From Alphaproteobacteria bacterium (GTDB lineage Bacteria; Pseudomonadota; Alphaproteobacteria; GCA-2731375), in contig CBDDBZ010000035.1 of assembly GCA_965225945.1 (NCBI GenBank), positions 192,001 to 256,000 of the forward strand: 64,000 nt of DNA. Reading direction: 5' to 3'. The notes beneath the pieces are model-generated. The model did not search any database, had not been told where the DNA came from, and saw nothing but the letters and a program-made list of their open reading frames with translations. Of the stretch, positions 29,885 to 40,856 are shown one piece after another (the first letter of the stretch is position 1; each line of letters starts with the position of its first letter). Made by a program: the position numbers and the translations under genes.

Positions 29885-30657
29885 GTGGCGCCCTCCGCCG
29901 CCGCCGCGCTCAGTTGGCCGAACAGCCGCGCTTGCTCCTCGATCACCGCCGCGTCGTCGGCTGGCCGGGGCGCCGGCCCGGCGGGGCGGAGCGGCGGGCC
30001 GAGCCGCGCCGGCAGACCCGTCATCACATGGACAGCGTGGCCGAGTCGGAGCGCCTCCATTGGATCGTGGGTGACCAGCAAAACGGTGCGGCCGGCGAGC
30101 AGCCGGGCGGCGAGATCCTGCAGCAGCAACCGGGTGATGGCGTCGAGAGCGGAGAAGGGCTCGTCCATCAGCACGATCGGGCGGTCTTCGATCAGGGTGC
30201 GGGCGAGCGCCGCGCGCTGACGCATGCCGCCCGAGCATGCAGCGGGCAACAGATCCCGGGCCTCGGCAAGTCCGGCCTCGGCCAAGAGGGCGTCGGCCCG
30301 AGCCCGGCTGGGCCCGTCGAGGGTCCCCCGCAACCGCGCGCCGAGCAGCACGTTCTCGTGGAGCGACAGCCAGGGCAGCAGCAGGTCTTGCTGTGCCATG
30401 TAGGCGATTCGCCCGGCGGCCGGCGCGCCGTCGTCGCAGGCGACGGCCCCCTCAGCCCGATCCTCGAGCCCGGCGACGAGGCGCAGCAGCATCGTCTTGC
30501 CGACCCCGCTCGGCCCGAGCAGACATGTCCATTGACCCGCTTCCAACCTAAGGTCGAGGCCGTCGAAGAGCACCCGGTCGCCATGGGTAAGCCGGGCACC
30601 GCGCACAGCGATGCCGGGGGGCGATAGGACTTCGGCGGAGACGGAAATGGCGGACAT
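29881..30657 (-). CDS. thiZ: ABC transporter ATP-binding protein (ThiZ-like)
   Basis: GPSGVGKT Walker A, SGGMRQR, LMDEPF, VTHD. Confidence 0.85.
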   Translation of the reverse strand: MSAISVSAEVLSPPGIAVRGARLTHGDRVLFDGLDLRLEAGQWTCLLGPSGVGKTMLLRLVAGLEDRAEGAVACDDGAPAAGRIAYMAQQDLLLPWLSLHENVLLGARLRGTLDGPSRARADALLAEAGLAEARDLLPAACSGGMRQRAALARTLIEDRPIVLMDEPFSALDAITRLLLQDLAARLLAGRTVLLVTHDPMEALRLGHAVHVMTGLPARLGPPLRPAGPAPRPADDAAVIEEQARLFGQLSAAAAEGAT

Positions 30658-30661
30658 CGGG

Positions 30662-30760
30662 CTCACTGATCCCTTCGCCGGCATAACCCGGATCAGGTTC
30701 CAGGGGTCGTCCGTAACGGGACCTCTCAGCCGGCCGATCCGGCTCCCCCCAGTGGTTCTC
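30662..30760 (-). promoter_or_regulatory. TPP (THI-box) riboswitch
   Basis: Minus strand GGGGGAGC...GGCTGAGAG...GACCC..GGAACCTGATCCGGGTTATGCCGGCGAAGGGA immediately upstream of the ABC operon. Confidence 0.93.
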
Positions 30761-31301
30761 GTCGTAATATGCTCGGGCGGGTCGATGATGGCAAGGTCGG
30801 AGGGATACGGTGCGAAGCCGGATAAGTTCTGGGGCTATATGCCGCGCAGCCTACGTCTGGCGGACTGCACCGAGACGCGGAGGTCGGCCGCGACATGGTT
30901 CACAGCCGATCCAACCATTGCCGTCGGCTTCGCAATTCCGCACGGGCGGACAAGCGACGTAGCAGGTAGACGAAGCGCCAACCGTCTCCTTTGATGCCAA
31001 CTCCGCATCAAACCAAGTCATGGCGATGCACACGACGTATCATCCATAGGGCACCATCAGGTCCCCGTGTCCGGCAACAACAAGGACGACAAACAAAAGA
31101 TCGATGAGGCTTGGAAGTTTACAACGGGGAGCGAAAGTCGGCATTTCGCCAGCTTGACTTCCGTTTGTGGCTAGCACCGGGCGTGACCGGCACCTCGGCC
31201 CGACGGGGGGGCTACCCCCGAAAGCCGACGTTTGAGCCACGATGGCGTCGTTCGGGCCAGAAACATACGTTTCACCAGCCGTGCGGTGGCTGGAGAGTCA
31301 T

Positions 31302-31562
31302 TTACTCGACCTTGACGCCGAGCCGCGCGAGCATCTGCTTGGCGCCATCCAGGGTCTTCACTGAATCGGCATGCTTGCCGGAATTGTGCAGGCGCTGGCC
31401 TGTGTCCCTCAGTGTCTTGATCGCATTTCGGATGCTCGGATCCAGCCCTGGGTTGGCGGCCAGGGCAGCATCGATCTTCGCGATATCGGTGGGGCATTGG
31501 GACGCCATTGCTGGAGTCGAAAGCGCCAATGCAAGGATGGCAGCGGATAGGTAACGGATCAT
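31302..31562 (-). CDS. Small secreted helical protein
   Basis: CAGGGAGG RBS; signal peptide ending PAMA; CP..IAKIDAAL...LH.SGKH.DSV. Confidence 0.75.
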   Translation of the reverse strand: MIRYLSAAILALALSTPAMASQCPTDIAKIDAALAANPGLDPSIRNAIKTLRDTGQRLHNSGKHADSVKTLDGAKQMLARLGVKVE

Positions 31563-31838
31563 GATCGCCTCCCTGGATGTCTATCGAGAAACTTACTCCC
31601 CATCCGCAACCGGACCAAACGTCGCGAATGGAAACGCGGTGTCCACAGCCCCCGCCAGCGGCACGGACCGGCAGCTCACCCAACCGCCCCACGCCCGCCC
31701 GGCAGATGCCTGTAGAGCGTCGAGGGCGACACCTTCAACCGCTCCGCCACCTCAACCAGCTGAAGTACGAGGGCCGGACACGAGCGGCATCGCACGCACG
31801 GCACGATCGATTGGTGCGCGCCATGTATGCCCGCCCGG

Positions 31839-33032
31839 TCAAGCGCGCGCGAGTTCTCGAATCGCGGCGATAAATCGATCGATCTCGGCCTCGCTGTTGT
31901 AATAATGGACGCCCAGTCGGTTGATCAGCTCCAGGCCGCGCCGTTCCATGTCGATCCGGGTGCTGGCGCGGCCCGAGGTCGAGATGTTGATGCCGTCACG
32001 CGCCAGGCTCGCCTTCACCTCGCGGGGATCGCGCGCGCCAACGGAGAAGCCGACGATGCCGGATCGCACCTTGCCCCGATCATGCACCACCACGCCCGGC
32101 AGGCCTGAGAGACGGGCGCGGATGTCGCGGGCCAGCGAATCGACCCGGGCGCGGATGGCCTCGAGACCCCACTCGAGCGCGTAGTCGACGGCGACCCCGA
32201 GGCCCAGCTTGCCGGCGACGTAGTTCTCCCAGTTCTCGAAGCGCCGCGCGTCGGGGCGGATCTCGAAATCGTCGCGCGCCGTCCAGGTCGCGGCGTGATT
32301 GTCGAGGAAGGGCGGCTCCAGCCGCTCCCCCATTTCGCGGCGGATATAGAGAAACCCCACCCCCCGGGGCCCGCGCAGGAACTTGCGCGAGGTGGCGCTC
32401 AACACGTCGCAGCCGATCTCCTGGACGTCGAGCGGCAGCTGCCCGACCGACTGGCAGGCATCGAGGATATAGGGGATTCCGGCGGCGCGCGCGATCCGGC
32501 CGATTTCAGCCGCCGGGTTGATCAGGCCGCCGCTGGTGGGCGCGTGGGTGATCGAGATCAGCTTCACCCGCTCGTCGAGCATCGCCTCGAGGGCAGCGAC
32601 GTCGATCTGGCCATCTTCGTCGTCGGGCGCCACCACGATCTCCGCCCCGGTGCGCCGCGCGACCTGCAGAAAGGCGATGTAGTTGGAGCCGTATTCGGCG
32701 GACCCCGTGACGATCCGCTCGCCGGGCTGAAAAGCCATGGCGTAGAAGGCCATGTCCCAGCCGACCGTCGCGTTCTCGACGATGGCGATCTCGCCGGCGG
32801 CGCAGTTGAGCAGGCGGGCGATCGAGTCGTAGCCGCGCTCGATTCGCGCCTCCGCCCGCTCGAAGGCCTCGTAGCCGCCGATCTCCGCCTCCAGCCGCAG
32901 GTGATCCACCACCGCGCCGAGCACCGGGCTGGGCATCAGCCCGGCGCCACAATTGTTCAGGTGCGCGACATGGGCGACGCCGGGCGTCTCGCGGCGAGCG
33001 CGGGCGAGGTCGATGGCGGTGGTTTCAGACAT
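31839..33032 (-). CDS. Class-V PLP-dependent aminotransferase / C-S lyase (cysteine desulfurase-like)
   Basis: HLNNCGAG, LDACQSVGQ, SATSRKFLRGPRGVG, HYYNSEAEI. Confidence 0.9.
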   Translation of the reverse strand: MSETTAIDLARARRETPGVAHVAHLNNCGAGLMPSPVLGAVVDHLRLEAEIGGYEAFERAEARIERGYDSIARLLNCAAGEIAIVENATVGWDMAFYAMAFQPGERIVTGSAEYGSNYIAFLQVARRTGAEIVVAPDDEDGQIDVAALEAMLDERVKLISITHAPTSGGLINPAAEIGRIARAAGIPYILDACQSVGQLPLDVQEIGCDVLSATSRKFLRGPRGVGFLYIRREMGERLEPPFLDNHAATWTARDDFEIRPDARRFENWENYVAGKLGLGVAVDYALEWGLEAIRARVDSLARDIRARLSGLPGVVVHDRGKVRSGIVGFSVGARDPREVKASLARDGINISTSGRASTRIDMERRGLELINRLGVHYYNSEAEIDRFIAAIRELARA

Positions 33033-33052
33033 GGCCCTGAATCCGTTTCGGG

Positions 33053-34186
33053 CTAAAGCACGCGGGCGAGTGCTCGGAACAGCCGCTCGACGTCCTCCGC
33101 GTCGTTGTAGAGATGCGGCGTCACCCTGAGGCTATTCCCGCGCAGGCTCACGAACACGCCGCCCTGGCGCAAGCTCTCCACCACGCCGTCGGGGAAGCCG
33201 CCGGGGCAGCGCAGGCCTAGAAAATGGCCGGCGCGCAAGCTGGGATCCGCGGCCTCGAGGCCGAGCGCGCGGGCCCGATCGGTGATCTCGTCGGTCAGCC
33301 CGCGCAAGCTCGCCTGGATCGCCGCCGGGTCCCATTCGACCAGCATGCGGAGCGCGCGCTCCGCCATCGGCATCAGGGCGAAGTTGGCGCTCTCGCCGAC
33401 GTCGTGGCGCCGTGCGCCCGCCTGGAAGTCATCGCGGTAGTCGATCAGGCCGGAGAAATTCTCGGCTCCGCGCCGGGCCATCCAGTTGTGCTCCAGCGGC
33501 CGGCCATCCTGGTGCTCGGGCGCGACGTAGGCGAAGCCGATGGAATAGGGCCCCAGCAACCACTTGTAGCAGGCGGCGACGGCGAAGTCGGGCCGTACCT
33601 CGGCCACGTCGATGGGCAGCGCGCCGAGCGATTGCGTCAAGTCCAGCACCAGGGCCGCGCCCACCTCGCGGCACCGCCGGCCCACTGCCTGGAGGTTGAT
33701 CAGGCCGCCGTCGGTCCAGTGGCAATGCGCCGCCGCGACGATTGCCGCATCGGCCCCGATCGCCTCGATGAGCGGCGCCGTCCAGCCGCCCGCCGCCGGC
33801 CGCGCCACGGTGGTCACCTCCGCTCCCGCCTCTTCGGCCAGGACCCGCCAGTGATAGACGTTGGAGGGGAACTGGTCGGCCAGCAGCACGATCCGCTGGC
33901 CGGCCGCGACGCCCAAGTTGGCCGCGGCGAGCGCGATGCCGTAACTGGCCGAGGGCACGACCGAGATGTCCTCGGCCCCAGCGCCCAGCAGGCGGGCGAA
34001 GTGGCCCCGCGCGGCGTCGGTGGTCGCGAAGAAATCCTCCGGCAGGATATTCCAGGGACGGGCCTTTCGGGCGAGGCCGGTCATGCCCGCCTCGAGCACC
34101 GGGCGGGCGAGCGGCGACATATAGGCGCAGTTCAGATAGGCGACGTCGCGCGGCAGGTCGAAGAGATGGCGTTGAGAGGGGATCAC
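33053..34186 (-). CDS. Class-V PLP-dependent aminotransferase
   Basis: [36 protein letters not shown]. Confidence 0.9.
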   Translation of the reverse strand: MIPSQRHLFDLPRDVAYLNCAYMSPLARPVLEAGMTGLARKARPWNILPEDFFATTDAARGHFARLLGAGAEDISVVPSASYGIALAAANLGVAAGQRIVLLADQFPSNVYHWRVLAEEAGAEVTTVARPAAGGWTAPLIEAIGADAAIVAAAHCHWTDGGLINLQAVGRRCREVGAALVLDLTQSLGALPIDVAEVRPDFAVAACYKWLLGPYSIGFAYVAPEHQDGRPLEHNWMARRGAENFSGLIDYRDDFQAGARRHDVGESANFALMPMAERALRMLVEWDPAAIQASLRGLTDEITDRARALGLEAADPSLRAGHFLGLRCPGGFPDGVVESLRQGGVFVSLRGNSLRVTPHLYNDAEDVERLFRALARVL

Positions 34187-34372
34187 AGCGATTCTCCCGC
34201 GCTCGAAAACGGTCCCGAGACAAACCGAGTCGCGGGCGCTCTGTCAATGCTGGACCGCGCTTCGCCGGCGAATAATCACCGCGACAATCCGCCGGTTGAC
34301 AGGGCGGGTCACGATTCCAATTATCCCCTGCCCCGCGCCCCGGGCGCGATTGGAATTCGAGGCGGCGAGCCC

Positions 34373-35584
34373 ATGACTTGGACCACCGGGCGACCGAGTG
34401 AGCGGCCGGCGAGACCCTACTTTTCCTCGGGTCCCTGCGCCAAACGACCGGGCTGGACGCCGGACGTGCTGGCGGCTGCGCTGCTCGGCCGTTACCACCG
34501 TTCGGCCCCGGGCAAGGCGCGCCTCGCCGAGGCGTTGGCGCGGACACGGCAACTGCTGGAAGTCCCCGCAAGCCACCAAATCGCCATCGTGCCGGCCTCC
34601 GACACCGGCGCGGTGGAGTTGGCGCTCTGGTCGCTGCTGGGCGCGCGCGGGATCGAGATCCTGGCCTGGGAGAGTTTCGGCCACGGCTGGGTGAGCGACG
34701 TCGTCGAGCAGTTGCGGCTGGCTGAAGTCCGGGTGAGCGCGGCCGAGTACGGCCACTTGCCCGATCTCTCGGCCGTCGACTTCGCCCGCGACGTGGTGTT
34801 CTGCTGGAACGGCACCACCTCCGGCGTGCGCGTGCCGGACGGGAATTGGATCGCGCGGGATCGCCAAGGCCTGACGATCGCCGACGCCACCTCGGCCGCC
34901 TTCGCCATGGCGCTGCCCTGGGACAGGCTCGACGTCGCCACTTTCTCCTGGCAGAAGGTGCTGGGGGGCGAGGCGCAGCACGGCATGCTGGTTCTGGGGC
35001 CGCGCGCCGTCGAACGGCTGGAAAGTCACGTGCCCTCCTGGCCGCTGCCGAAGCTCTTCCGGCTGACCAAGGGCGGCAAAGTGGACCCCTCGATCTTCGA
35101 GGGCGGCACCATCAACACCCCCTCCATGCTCTGCCTCGAGGACTATCTCGACACCTTGAAGTGGGCCCAGGGCATCGGTGGCCTGGCCGCCCTGATCGCG
35201 CGCTGCCGCGCCAACCTCGAGGGCGTGGCGGACTGGGTCGGGCGGACCGAGTGGGTCGAATTTCTCGCCGTCGATCCGGCGACGCGGTCCGAGACCTCGA
35301 TCTGCCTGTCGATTGTCGATCCCTGGTTCGCAGCCCTCGCGCCCTCGGACCAAGCCGCCTTCACCAAGGCCATGGCCGACCTGCTGGAAGACGAGGGCGT
35401 GGCTTACGACATCAACGGCTACCGGGACGCGCCGCCGGGTCTCAGGATCTGGGGCGGTGCCACGGTCGAGGTCGAGGACACGACCCGCCTCCTGCCTTGG
35501 CTCGACTGGGCGTTCGGCGAGGTCCAGGCGGCACGGCGCGACGCCGCCCGAAATTCGGAGCCCGAGCGATGCCGAAGGTCTTGA
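34373..35584 (+). CDS. serC: Phosphoserine aminotransferase (alphaproteobacterial type)
   Basis: [51 protein letters not shown]. Confidence 0.95.
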   Translation: MTWTTGRPSERPARPYFSSGPCAKRPGWTPDVLAAALLGRYHRSAPGKARLAEALARTRQLLEVPASHQIAIVPASDTGAVELALWSLLGARGIEILAWESFGHGWVSDVVEQLRLAEVRVSAAEYGHLPDLSAVDFARDVVFCWNGTTSGVRVPDGNWIARDRQGLTIADATSAAFAMALPWDRLDVATFSWQKVLGGEAQHGMLVLGPRAVERLESHVPSWPLPKLFRLTKGGKVDPSIFEGGTINTPSMLCLEDYLDTLKWAQGIGGLAALIARCRANLEGVADWVGRTEWVEFLAVDPATRSETSICLSIVDPWFAALAPSDQAAFTKAMADLLEDEGVAYDINGYRDAPPGLRIWGGATVEVEDTTRLLPWLDWAFGEVQAARRDAARNSEPERCRRS

Positions 35585-37146
35585 TCGCCGACGAGATGAG
35601 CCCGCGCGCGGGCGAGATCTTCCGCGAGCGGGGCCTGGAGGTGGAGCAACGAGTGGGCCTCGCGCCCGAGGCGCTGAAGGCGGCGATCGGCGACTACCAG
35701 GGCCTGGCGATCCGCTCCGCCACCTTGGTCACGGCCGATCTCCTGGAGGGTGCGATCGGCCTGAAGGTGATCGGCAGGGCCGGCATCGGGGTCGACAACG
35801 TCGATGTCGCCGCCGCCACGCAAGCCGGCATCTGCGTCATGAACACCCCCTTCGGCAACGCCATCACCACGGCCGAGCACGCGATCGCGCTGATCTTCGC
35901 GCTGGCCCGCCAAATTACCGCCGCCGACCGCTCGACCCAGGCGGGCAAGTGGGAGAAGAGCGCCTTCATGGGCGTCGAGATCCATGGCAAGACGCTCGGC
36001 ATCATCGGCTGCGGCAACGTCGGCGCCATCGTCGCCGACCGGGCGCTCGGCCTGAAGATGCGGGTGATCGCGCATGATCCCTACCTCTCGGGCGAGCGGG
36101 CCTTGGAGCTCGGCGTCGAGAAGGTGAGCTTCGAAGAGCTGCTGGCGCGGGCCGACATCACCACCCTGCACACGCCGCTGACCGACGCGACGCGGGGCAT
36201 GATCGATGCCGAGGCGCTCGCCCGGATGAAGCCGGGCGTCAGGATCGTCAATTGCGCGCGAGGCGGCCTGGTGGACGAGGCGGATCTCCGCCAGGCACTT
36301 GACAGCGGCCATGTCGCCGGCGCCGCCTTCGACGTCTTCGCCGAGGAACCGGCGCGCGAGAACCCCCTCTTCGGCCATCCCAACGTGGTGGCGACGCCGC
36401 ATCTCGGCGCGGCGACGACGGAAGCGCAGGAAAACGTCGCCGTCCAGGTCGCGGAGCAGATGAGCGACTATCTGCTCGACGGCGCGGTCGCCAACGCCGT
36501 CAACATGGCCTCGGTCACCGCCGAGGAGGCGCCGAGGTTGAAGCCCTATTTTGCCCTCGCCCACCTTCTCGGCAGCTTCGCGGGGCAATTGACCGAGACC
36601 GCGATTCGCGCCGTTCACCTCGAATACGAGGGCCACGTCGCCACCCTCAATACCCGGCCCTTGACGGCGATCGCCATCGAGGGGTTGCTGAGCCCGCTGA
36701 TGGCGGGCGTCAACATGGTGAACGCGCCGGTGATCGCGCGCGAGCGCAACATCGACGTCAAGGAGACGCGGGACGAGGGAATCGGCGACTACCAGACCTT
36801 GATTCGGCTCAATCTGGTGACGGAGCGGCAAACCCGCGCGGTCACCGGCACCCTCTTCGCCGACCGCCGGCCCAGGCTGGTCGACGTCAAGGGCATCAAG
36901 CTGGAGGCGGAGTTGGCGCCGCACATGCTCTACGTCACCAACCATGACCGGCCGGGTTTCATCGGCGCCCTCGGCACCACGCTGGGTGCCGCCGGGGTCA
37001 ATATCGCGACCTTCCACCTGGGCCGGGCGGACGCAGGCGGCGACGCCATCGCCCTGATCGCGGTCGACGAGGCGGTCGAGGCCAAGGTGTTGAACCAGGT
37101 CAGGGCGCTGCCGCACGTGGTCCAGGTCAAGGCGCTGGCGTTTTGA
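35569..37146 (+). CDS. serA: D-3-phosphoglycerate dehydrogenase
   Basis: [30 protein letters not shown]-terminal ACT domain. Confidence 0.95.
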   Translation: MPKVLIADEMSPRAGEIFRERGLEVEQRVGLAPEALKAAIGDYQGLAIRSATLVTADLLEGAIGLKVIGRAGIGVDNVDVAAATQAGICVMNTPFGNAITTAEHAIALIFALARQITAADRSTQAGKWEKSAFMGVEIHGKTLGIIGCGNVGAIVADRALGLKMRVIAHDPYLSGERALELGVEKVSFEELLARADITTLHTPLTDATRGMIDAEALARMKPGVRIVNCARGGLVDEADLRQALDSGHVAGAAFDVFAEEPARENPLFGHPNVVATPHLGAATTEAQENVAVQVAEQMSDYLLDGAVANAVNMASVTAEEAPRLKPYFALAHLLGSFAGQLTETAIRAVHLEYEGHVATLNTRPLTAIAIEGLLSPLMAGVNMVNAPVIARERNIDVKETRDEGIGDYQTLIRLNLVTERQTRAVTGTLFADRRPRLVDVKGIKLEAELAPHMLYVTNHDRPGFIGALGTTLGAAGVNIATFHLGRADAGGDAIALIAVDEAVEAKVLNQVRALPHVVQVKALAF

Positions 37147-37211
37147 TGCGCCGGCTCGAGGAAACTACGCCCGTGTCGTTTCCGACGGGGCTGGGATACA
37201 CTTCCGCCGCC

Positions 37212-38351
37212 ATGACCGATACCGCCGATCTCGCCCTATTGCCGGAAGGCCTGCGCGACGAACTGCCGCCCGCCGCGGAGCATGAGGCGAGAATCGTCGA
37301 GCGGCTGATCGCCGCCTTTCAGGGCCATGGCTACGACCGGGTGAAGCCGCCGCTGGTCGAGTTCGAGGAGAGCTTGCTGGCCGGCCCCGGGGCCGAAATT
37401 TCGCGCCACATGTTCCGCCTGATGGACCCGGTCTCGCAGCGCATGATGGGCGTGCGCGCCGACATGACCACCCAGGTCGCCCGCATCGCCGCGACCCGCC
37501 TGGCCCACGCCCCCCGGCCGCTCCGGCTCTGCTATGCTGGCCAGGTCCTCAGAATTAGGGGCAGTCAGCTTCGCCCGGAACGCCAGTTCGCCCAGGCCGG
37601 CGCGGAGCTGATCGGCCTCGATTCGGCTCCCGCCGATGCCGAGATGGTGCGCCTCGCGGCGGCGACCATGGCGGAGGTGTCGGTCTCCGACCTCACCATC
37701 GACCTCACCGTGCCCGCCCTGGTGCCGATGGTCTGCGAGGCGCTGGGGCTCGACGAGGCGGCGGCCACGGCGGTACGCCGCGCGCTCGATCGGCGCGACG
37801 CCCCGGCCTTGATCGGCCTCGAAGCGGCGGCGCGCGACCGGCTGAAGGCGCTGATCGACGCGGCCGGCCCGGCCGAGCAGGCGCTGGAGGCGCTACGGAG
37901 CGCGGATCTGCCGGCGCGAGCGCTGGGCTTGCTGGATCGCGCCGGGGCGCTGGTCGAGGCGCTCGCGCCCGATGGAAGCGGCTTCGCGCTCACCCTCGAT
38001 CCCGGCGAGAGCCGGGGGTTCGAATATCAGTCGGGGATCAGTTTTTCCTTGTTCGCCGGCGGCGTCCGCGGCGAACTCGGGCGCGGCGGGCGCTATCGGC
38101 TCTCCAACGGGGAGACCGCGACCGGCTTCTCGCTCTATCTCGACAGCATCATGCGGGCGGTGCCGGCGCCGGAGACGGCGGCGCGGCTGTTCCTGCCCCT
38201 CAGCGGCGGAAACGCGGCGGCGGCACTTCGCGCCGAGGGCTGGCGCGTGGTCGGCGATCTCGCCGGCGCCGCCGACGCGGAAGCCGAGGCCCGGCGTCTC
38301 GGCTGCACCCACCTCTATCTCGAAGGCATGCCCCGGCCCCTCGCGCCCTAG
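37212..38351 (+). CDS. hisZ: ATP phosphoribosyltransferase regulatory subunit
   Basis: LLPEGLRD, RADMTTQVARIA, QAGAELIG, GRGGRY; upstream of purA. Confidence 0.92.
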   Translation: MTDTADLALLPEGLRDELPPAAEHEARIVERLIAAFQGHGYDRVKPPLVEFEESLLAGPGAEISRHMFRLMDPVSQRMMGVRADMTTQVARIAATRLAHAPRPLRLCYAGQVLRIRGSQLRPERQFAQAGAELIGLDSAPADAEMVRLAAATMAEVSVSDLTIDLTVPALVPMVCEALGLDEAAATAVRRALDRRDAPALIGLEAAARDRLKALIDAAGPAEQALEALRSADLPARALGLLDRAGALVEALAPDGSGFALTLDPGESRGFEYQSGISFSLFAGGVRGELGRGGRYRLSNGETATGFSLYLDSIMRAVPAPETAARLFLPLSGGNAAAALRAEGWRVVGDLAGAADAEAEARRLGCTHLYLEGMPRPLAP

Positions 38352-38386
38352 GGCGTCGGTTCGGCGCCGGGTAAGGGAGACGCACA

Positions 38387-39679
38387 ATGGCCAATGTCGC
38401 CGTGGTCGGCACCCAGTGGGGTGACGAAGGCAAGGGCAAGATCGTCGACTGGCTCTCGAACCGGGCCGATGTCGTGGTCCGCTTCCAGGGCGGGCACAAC
38501 GCCGGCCACACCCTGGTGATCGACGGCCACACCTACAAATTGAGCCTGTTGCCCTCCGGCATCGTGCGCCCCGGCAAGCTCTCGATCATCGGCGGCGGCG
38601 TGGTGGTCGATCCCTGGGCGCTGTTGGAGGAGATCCGCACGTTGCGTGCGGACGGCGTCGAGATCTCGCCGGAAAATCTCCACATCGCCCACAACGCCTC
38701 TCTGATCCTGCCGCTCCACGGCGAGCTCGATCGGCTCCGCGAGGAGGCCGAGGGCGGGCATCCGATCGGCACCACCCGGCGCGGCATCGGGCCGGCCTAC
38801 GAGGACCGGGTCGGCCGCCGCTCGATCCGGGTCTGCGACCTGCTGGACACCGACGGGTTGCCGGCCAAGATCGCCAACCTGTTGCTGCACCACAACGCGA
38901 TCCGCCGGGGCCTCGGCCGCGAGGAGGTCGACGGCGAAGCGCTGGTCGCCCAAGTGAGGGCGGTCGCCGACGACATCGCGCCCTATTCGAGCGTGGTCTG
39001 GCGCGACCTCGAGGCGGCGCGCCAGGCCGGCCGGCGCATTCTCTTCGAGGGCGCCCAGGGCATCATGCTGGACGTCGATCACGGCACCTACCCTTATGTC
39101 ACCTCCTCCAACACCGTGGGGGCGCAGGCCGCCGTCGGCAGCGGCGTCGGTCCGGACGTGGTGAGTTTCGTCCTCGGCATCACCAAGGCCTACACCACCC
39201 GCGTCGGCGAGGGCCCGTTCCCGACCGAGCAGGCAAACGAGATCGGCCGCCTGCTGGGCGAGAGGGGCCACGAGTTCGGCACCGTGACCGGACGGCCGCG
39301 ACGCTGCGGCTGGTTCGACGCGGTGATGGTGCGCCAGGCGGTCAAGGTCTCCGGCATGCACGGCATCGCGCTCACCAAGCTCGACGTGCTGGACGGGATG
39401 GCGGAGCTCGAGGTGGCGACCAGCTACATGCTGGACGGCCAGCCGCTCGACTACCTGCCGGCGGCGAGCGACAAGCAGTACCGGGTGGAGCCGGTCTACG
39501 AGACCCTGGAGGGCTGGAGCGAGAGCACCCGCTCGGCCCGGCGCTGGGCGGATTTGCCGGCGACGGCAATCAAATACATCGTCCGCATCGAGGAGCTGAT
39601 CGGGGTGCGCGTTTCGTTGCTCTCGACCAGCCCCGAACGCGACGACACCATCCTGGTGCGCGATCCCTTCGTGGATTGA
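38387..39679 (+). CDS. purA: Adenylosuccinate synthetase
   Basis: [38 protein letters not shown]. Confidence 0.97.
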   Translation: MANVAVVGTQWGDEGKGKIVDWLSNRADVVVRFQGGHNAGHTLVIDGHTYKLSLLPSGIVRPGKLSIIGGGVVVDPWALLEEIRTLRADGVEISPENLHIAHNASLILPLHGELDRLREEAEGGHPIGTTRRGIGPAYEDRVGRRSIRVCDLLDTDGLPAKIANLLLHHNAIRRGLGREEVDGEALVAQVRAVADDIAPYSSVVWRDLEAARQAGRRILFEGAQGIMLDVDHGTYPYVTSSNTVGAQAAVGSGVGPDVVSFVLGITKAYTTRVGEGPFPTEQANEIGRLLGERGHEFGTVTGRPRRCGWFDAVMVRQAVKVSGMHGIALTKLDVLDGMAELEVATSYMLDGQPLDYLPAASDKQYRVEPVYETLEGWSESTRSARRWADLPATAIKYIVRIEELIGVRVSLLSTSPERDDTILVRDPFVD

Positions 39680-39704
39680 GGAGAAAACCCAGCGGGTTGC
39701 GCCC

Positions 39705-40655
39705 CTATTCCGCCGCCATGCCGGCGCCTCGGAAGCGGTCGTCCAGGCTCTCCATCAGGCGCTTTCGCGGGATGATGCGGGCATGCCCGCCGGTGGCGCC
39801 GTCGGGGAAGGAAAGCGCGATCTCGCAGGCCTCCAAATACCGTCCGATGTCGATCCCGGTATCCAGCCCCATGCGGTGGAAGAGATAGACCAGGTCCTCC
39901 GTCGCGACGTTGCCGGTGGCGCCGGGCGCGAAGGGGCAGCCGCCGAGCCCGGCGACCGAGCCGTCGAAAATCCGCAGGCCCGCATCGAGCCCCGCCAGCA
40001 CGTTGGCGACGCAGAAGCCCGCGGTGTCGTGGCCGTGGAAGGCGAAGGTCGCGACGTCGCCGTAACTCTTCAGGCATTCGGCCACCAGCGCGCGGACCTG
40101 GTCGGGCGTCGCCATGCCGGTGGTGTCGCTCAACACCAGCTCCATGCCCTGGCGAATGGCGACGATCCGCTCGATGTTGGCGAGCACTGAGCCCTCCTCG
40201 ACCCGGCCGTCGAAGGGGCAATCGAAGGAGGTGGCGAGGCCGATCCGCATCACGAGCCGGCCCTCGGCGTCGACCTCCTCCAGTAGTGATTGCAGGTCGT
40301 CGAGGGATTGCGCCGTCGGCCGACGCACGTTCGACATGTTGTGGGCGTCGGTCATCGAGATCACGAAGATGATCTCGTCGATGCCGGCGGCGATGGCGCG
40401 AAGCGCGCCCTTGGTGTTGGGCACCAGCGTCATCCGGCGCACGCCCGGCATCGGGCCCAGCAGCGCCACCAGTTCTTCCGCGTCGCGCATCTGCGGGATC
40501 GCCTTGGGGCTGATGAAGGAGCCGACCTCCATCCGGCCGACGCCGGCCCGCGCCAGGGCATGGATGAGCTCCGCCTTGCGCTCGGTGGCGATCCAGGTCG
40601 GAACCGACTGCACGCCGTCGCGCGGCCCCACCTCGACGATCTGCACGTCGGTCAT
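39705..40655 (-). CDS. Hydroxymethylglutaryl-CoA lyase family protein
   Basis: EVGPRDGVQ, FHGHDT, GLGGCPFAPGATGNVATED. Confidence 0.9.
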   Translation of the reverse strand: MTDVQIVEVGPRDGVQSVPTWIATERKAELIHALARAGVGRMEVGSFISPKAIPQMRDAEELVALLGPMPGVRRMTLVPNTKGALRAIAAGIDEIIFVISMTDAHNMSNVRRPTAQSLDDLQSLLEEVDAEGRLVMRIGLATSFDCPFDGRVEEGSVLANIERIVAIRQGMELVLSDTTGMATPDQVRALVAECLKSYGDVATFAFHGHDTAGFCVANVLAGLDAGLRIFDGSVAGLGGCPFAPGATGNVATEDLVYLFHRMGLDTGIDIGRYLEACEIALSFPDGATGGHARIIPRKRLMESLDDRFRGAGMAAE

Positions 40656-40856
40656 GGTTTTGTCTCCGTCGTTGTCTGGTCGGGGATTGTCTTAGCCCGT
40701 TCATGCGCCCGGGTCACGCGGCCGCCGGACCCCGCCCTTCATATCATGGTGGCCACTATGCCCGGGTCGAGCGGGCTGTGGCGCGGTCACTCGATACTGG
40801 CGCGCGCGGCGCTCGACCGAAAATCTCCTTGAACACTTCGATGATCGCGTCGAGCG

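Larger units (their letters stand above)
17103..31947. mobile_element. Degraded genomic island bounded by ~119-bp direct repeat of the aminotransferase 3' end
   Basis: 17103-17177 plus 17952-17996 match 31829-31947; interior holds integrase relic, IS elements and lower-GC segments. Confidence 0.7.
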
